A DNA stretch of 64,000 nt from Macrostomum lignano. Its lineage: Eukaryota. Of this stretch, positions 58,316 through 64,000 are shown one piece after another. The position numbers and the translations under genes are program-made. Position 1 is the stretch's first letter. The number at the start of each line of letters is the position of its first letter. Location of the stretch: positions 682,001 through 746,000 of the forward strand of contig NIVC01000001.1 of assembly GCA_002269645.1 (NCBI GenBank), written 5' to 3'. Under the pieces are notes generated by a model. That model was not told the DNA's origin. It searched no databases and worked only from the letters and a program-made list of their open reading frames with translations.

Positions 58316-61300
58316 CGGAGAGGCAGATTCTCAAGCACTGTGAGAGTGGAGAGGCAGATTCTCAAGCACTGTGAGAGTGGAGAGGCAGATTCTCAAGCAC
58401 TGTGAGAGTGGAGAGGCAGATTCTCAAACACTGTGAGAGTGGAGAGGCAGATTCTCAAGCACTGTGAGAGTGGAGAGGCAGATTCTCAAGCACTGTGAGA
58501 GTGGAGAGGCAGATTCTCAAGCACTGTGAGAGTGAAGAGGCAGATTCTCAAACACTGTGAGAGTGGAGAGGCAGATTCTCAAACATTGTGAGAGTGGAGA
58601 GGCAGATTCTCAAACACTGAGAGCGGAGAGGCAGATTCTCAAACACTGTGAGAGGAGAGGCAGATTCTCAAACACTGAGAGTGGAGAGGCAGATTCTCAA
58701 ACACTGAGAGTGGAGAGGCAGATTCTCAAACACTGTGAGAGTGGAGAGGCAGATTCTCAAACACTGTGAGAGTGGAGAGGCAGATTCTCAAACATTGTGA
58801 GAGTGAAGAGGCAGATTCTCAAACACTGTGAGAGTGGAGAGGCAGATTCTCAAACATTGTGAGAGTGGAGAGGCAGATTCTCAAACACTGAGAGCGGAGA
58901 GGCAGATTCTCAAACACTGTGAGAGTGGAGAGGCAGATTCTCAAGCCCTGAGTGAGCGGAGAGGCAGATTCTCAAACACTGTGAGAGGAGAGGCAGATTC
59001 TCAAACACTGAGAGTGGAGAGGCAGATTCTCAAACACTGAGAGTGGAGAGGCAGATTCTCAAACACTGTGAGAGTGGAGAGGCAGATTCTCAAACACTGT
59101 GAGAGTGGAGAGGCAGATTCTCAAGCACTGTGAGAGTGGAGAGGCAGATTCTCAAGCACTGTGAGAGTGGAGAGGCAGATTCTCAAGCACTGTGAGAGTG
59201 AAGAGGCAGATTCTCAAACACTGTGAGAGTGGAGAGGCAGATTCTCAAACATTGTGAGAGTGGAGAGGCAGATTCTCAAACATTGTGAGAGTGGAGAGGC
59301 AGATTCTCAAACACTGAGAGCGGAGAGGCAGATTCTCAAACACTGTGAGAGGAGAGGCAGATTCTCAAACACTGAGAGTGGAGAGGCAGATTCTCAAACA
59401 CTGTGAGAGTGGAGAGGCAGATTCTCAAACACTGTGAGAGTGGAGAGGCAGATTCTCAAACATTGTGAGAGTGGAGAGGCAGATTCTCAAACACTGAGAG
59501 CGGAGAGGCAGATTCTCAAACACTGTGAGAGTGGAGAGGCAGATTCTCAAACACTGTGAGAGTGGAGAGGCAGATTCTCAAACATTGTGAGAGTGAAGAG
59601 GCAGATTCTCAAACACTGTGAGAGTGGAGAGGCAGATTCTCAAACATTGTGAGAGTGGAGAGGCAGATTCTCAAACACTGAGAGCGGAGAGGCAGATTCT
59701 CAAACACTGTGAGAGTGGAGAGGCAGATTCTCAAGCCCTGAGTGAGCGGAGAGGCAGATTCTCAAACACTGTGAGAGTGGAGAGGCAGATTCTCAAACAC
59801 TGTGAGAGTGGAGAGGCAGATTCTCAAACACTGAGAGTGGAGAGGCAGATTCTCAAACACTGTGAGAGTGGAGAGGCAGATTCTCAAACACTGTGAGAGT
59901 GGAGAGGCAGATTCTCAAACACTGTGAGAGTGGAGAGGCAGATTCTCAAACATTGTGAGAGTGGAGAGGCAGATTCTCAAACACTGTGAGAGTGGAGACG
60001 CAGATTCTCAAACATTGTGAGAGTGGAGAGACAGATTCTCAAGCACTGTGAGAGTGGAGAGGCAGATTCTCAAGCCCTGAGTGAGCGGAGAGGCAGATTC
60101 TCAAACACTGTGAGAGGAGAGGCAGATTCTCAAACACTGAGAGTGGAGAGGCAGATTCTCAAACACTGAGAGTGGAGAGGCAGATTCTCAAACACTGTGA
60201 GAGTGGAGAGGCAGATTCTCAAGCCCTGAGTGAGCGGAGAGGCAGATTCTCAAACACTGTGAGAGGAGAGGCAGATTCTCAAACACTGAGAGTGGAGAGG
60301 CAGATTCTCAAACACTGAGAGTGGAGAGGCAGATTCTCAAACACTGTGAGAGTGGAGAGGCAGATTCTCAAACACTGTGAGAGTGGAGAGGCAGATTCTC
60401 AAACACTGAGAGTGAAGAGGCAGATTCTCAAACACTGTGAGAGTGGAGAGGCAGATTCTCAAACATTGTGAGAGTGGAGAGACAGATTCTCAAGCACTGT
60501 GAGAGTGGAGAGGCAGATTCTCAAGCCCTGAGTGAGCGGAGAGGCAGATTCTCAAACACTGTGAGAGGAGAGGCAGATTCTCAAACACTGAGAGTGGAGA
60601 GGCAGATTCTCAAACACTGAGAGTGGAGAGGCAGATTCTCAAACATTGTGAGAGTGGAGAGGCAGATTCTCAAACACTGTGAGAGTGGAGAGGCAGATTC
60701 TCAAACACTGAGAGTGGAGAGGCAGATTCTCAAACACTGAGAGTGGAGAGGCAGATTCTCAAACACTGTGAGAGTGGAGAGGCAGATTCTCAAACACTGT
60801 GAGAGTGGAGAGGCAGATTCTCAAACACTGTGAGAGTGGAGAGGCAGATTCTCAAACATTGTGAGAGTGGAGAGGCAGATTCTCAAACACTGAGAGCGGA
60901 GAGGCAGATTCTCAAACACTGTGAGAGTGGAGAGGCAGATTCTCAAACACTGTGAGAGTGGAGAGGCAGATTCTCAAACATTGTGAGAGTGAAGAGGCAG
61001 ATTCTCAAACACTGTGAGAGTGGAGAGGCAGATTCTCAAACATTGTGAGAGTGGAGAGGCAGATTCTCAAACACTGAGAGCGGAGAGGCAGATTCTCAAA
61101 CACTGTGAGAGTGGAGAGGCAGATTCTCAAGCCCTGAGTGAGCGGAGAGGCAGATTCTCAAACACTGTGAGAGGAGAGGCAGATTCTCAAACATTGTGAG
61201 AGTGAAGAGGCAGATTCTCAAACACTGAGAGTGGAGAGGCAGATTCTCAAACACTGTGAGAGTGGAGAGGCAGATTCTCAAGCCCTGAGTGAGCGGAGAG

Positions 61301-64000
61301 GCAGATTCTCAAACACTGTGAGAGGAGAGGCAGATTCTCAAACACTGAGAGTGGAGAGGCAGATTCTCAAACACTGAGAGTGGAGAGGCAGATTCTCAAA
61401 CACTGTGAGAGTGGAGAGGCAGATTCTCAAACACTGTGAGAGTGGAGAGGCAGATTCTCAAACACTGTGAGAGTGGAGAGGCAGATTCTCAAACATTGTG
61501 AGAGTGGAGAGGCAGATTCTCAAACACTGTGAGAGTGGAGAGGCAGATTCTCAAACATTGTGAGAGTGGAGAGACAGATTCTCAAGCACTGTGAGAGTGG
61601 AGAGTCAGATTCTCAAGCCCTGAGTGAGCGGAGAGGCAGATTCTCAAACACTGTGAGAGGAGAGGCAGATTCTCAAACACTGAGAGTGGAGAGGCAGATT
61701 CTCAAACACTGAGAGTGGAGAGGCAGATTCTCAAACACTGTGAGAGTGGAGAGGCAGATTCTCAAGCCCTGAGTGAGCGGAGAGGCAGATTCTCAAACAC
61801 TGTGAGAGGAGAGGCAGATTCTCAAACACTGAGAGTGGAGAGGCAGATTCTCAAACACTGAGAGTGGAGAGGCAGATTCTCAAACACTGTGAGAGTGGAG
61901 AGGCAGATTCTCAAACACTGTGAGAGTGGAGAGGCAGATTCTCAAACACTGAGAGTGGAGAGGCAGATTCTCAAACACTGAGAGTGGAGAGGCAGATTCT
62001 CAAACACTGTGAGAGTGGAGAGGCAGATTCTCAAACACTGTGAGAGTGGAGAGGCAGATTCTCAAACACTGTGAGAGTGGAGAGGCAGATTCTCAAACAT
62101 TGTGAGAGTGGAGAGGCAGATTCTCAAACACTGAGAGCGGAGAGGCAGATTCTCAAACACTGTGAGAGTGGAGAGGCAGATTCTCAAACACTGTGAGAGT
62201 GGAGAGGCAGATTCTCAAACATTGTGAGAGTGAAGAGGCAGATTCTCAAACACTGTGAGAGTGGAGAGGCAGATTCTCAAACATTGTGAGAGTGGAGAGG
62301 CAGATTCTCAAACACTGAGAGCGGAGAGGCAGATTCTCAAACACTGTGAGAGTGGAGAGGCAGATTCTCAAGCCCTGAGTGAGCGGAGAGGCAGATTCTC
62401 AAACACTGTGAGAGGAGAGGCAGATTCTCAAACACTGAGAGTGGAGAGGCAGATTCTCAAACACTGAGAGTGGAGAGGCAGATTCTCAAACACTGTGAGA
62501 GTGGAGAGGCAGATTCTCAAACACTGTGAGAGTGGAGAGGCAGATTCTCAAACACTGAGAGTGGAGAGGCAGATTCTCAAACACTGTGAGAGTGGAGAGG
62601 CAGATTCTCAAACACTGTGAGAGTGGAGAGGCAGATTCTCAAACACTGAGAGTGGAGAGGCAGATTCTCAAACACTGTGAGAGTGGAGAGGCAGATTCTC
62701 AAACACTGTGAGAGTGGAGAGGCAGATTCTCAAACACTGTGAGAGTGGAGAGGCAGATTCTCAAACATTGTGAGAGTGAAGAGGCAGATTCTCAAACACT
62801 GAGAGTGGAGAGGCAGATTCTCAAACATTGTGAGAGTGGAGAGACAGATTCTCAAGCACTGTGAGAGTGGAGAGGCAGATTCTCAAGCCCTGAGTGAGCG
62901 GAGAGGCAGATTCTCAAACACTGTGAGAGGAGAGGCAGATTCTCAAACACTGAGAGTGGAGAGGCAGATTCTCAAACACTGAGAGTGGAGAGGCAGATTC
63001 TCAAACACTGTGAGAGTGGAGAGGCAGATTCTCAAACACTGTGAGAGTGGAGAGGCAGATTCTCAAACACTGTGAGAGTGGAGAGGCAGATTCTTAAACA
63101 TTGTGAGAGTGGAGAGGCAGATTCTCAAACACTGTGAGAGTGGAGAGGCAGATTCTCAAACATTGTGAGAGTGGAGAGACAGATTCTCAAGCACTGTGAG
63201 AGTGGAGAGGCAGATTCTCAAGCCCTGAGTGAGCGGAGAGGCAGATTCTCAAACACTGTGAGAGGAGAGGCAGATTATCAAACACTGAGAGTGGAGAGGC
63301 AGATTCTCAAACACTGAGAGTGGAGAGGCAGATTCTCAAACACTGTGAGAGTGGAGAGGCAGATTCTCAAACACTGTGAGAGTGGAGAGGCAGATTCTCA
63401 AACACTGAGAGTGGAGAGGCAGATTCTCAAACACTGTGAGAGTGGAGAGGCAGATTCTCAAACACTGTGAGAGTGGAGAGGCAGATTCTCAAACACTGTG
63501 AGAGTGGAGAGGCAGATTCTCAAACATTGTGAGAGTGAAGAGGCAGATTCTCAAACACTGAGAGTGGAGAGGCAGATTCTCAAACATTGTGAGAGTGGAG
63601 AGACAGATTCTCAAGCACTGTGAGAGTGGAGAGGCAGATTCTCAAGCCCTGAGTGAGCGGAGAGGCAGATTCTCAAACACTGTGAGAGGAGAGGCAGATT
63701 CTCAAACACTGAGAGTGGAGAGGCAGATTCTCAAACACTGAGAGTGGAGAGGCAGATTCTCAAACACTGTGAGAGTGGAGAGGCAGATTCTCAAACACTG
63801 TGAATGTGGAGAGGCAGATTCTCAAACACTGTGAGAGTGGAGAGGCAGATTCTTAAACATTGTGAGAGTGGAGAGGCAGATTCTCAAACACTGTGAGAGT
63901 GGAGAGGCAGATTCTCAAACATTGTGAGAGTGGAGAGACAGATTCTCAAGCACTGTGAGAGTGGAGAGGCAGATTCTCAAGCCCTGAGTGAGCGGAGAGG
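58316..64000. repeat. 31-bp satellite GGAGAGGCAGATTCTCAAACACTGTGAGAGT with shorter and longer variants, >5.6 kb, runs off the window
   Basis: Tandem periodicity with recurring variant blocks. Confidence 0.97.

Overview
Eukaryotic (metazoan) genomic DNA. It is most likely from a free-living flatworm such as Macrostomum; this is inferred from the GC-rich exons, minisatellite-filled introns and Ala/Gln/Pro-rich coding. Three spliced genes can be reconstructed with GT-AG introns and consistent phases. (1) A 10-exon FERM + FERM-adjacent protein of the FARP/FRMD7 type (+, 1929-28473, about 1007 aa), with no DH-PH module in the window. (2) A convergent 5-exon prolyl endopeptidase (PREP, -, 35530-31082) that is complete except for its initiator ATG. 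(3) A 2-exon TSPAN13/31-type tetraspanin (+, 55027-56321, 233 aa). About 25 distinct minisatellite arrays fill introns and intergenic space, and they account for most long ORFs in the ORF track. The AT-rich 35.6-54.9 kb block is a nested transposon graveyard: a mariner remnant, a TIR element, two related solo LTRs, a head-to-tail pair of non-autonomous Helitrons and a MITE. The most notable observations are: stacked LTR-end + tRNA-Leu PBS modules inside both solo LTRs; a PREP start that fits a spliced-leader-donated AUG; complementary minisatellites at the two ends of one 4.5-kb intron; and a minisatellite unit positioned as a branch point. All homology statements are from memory of the families; no searches were run.
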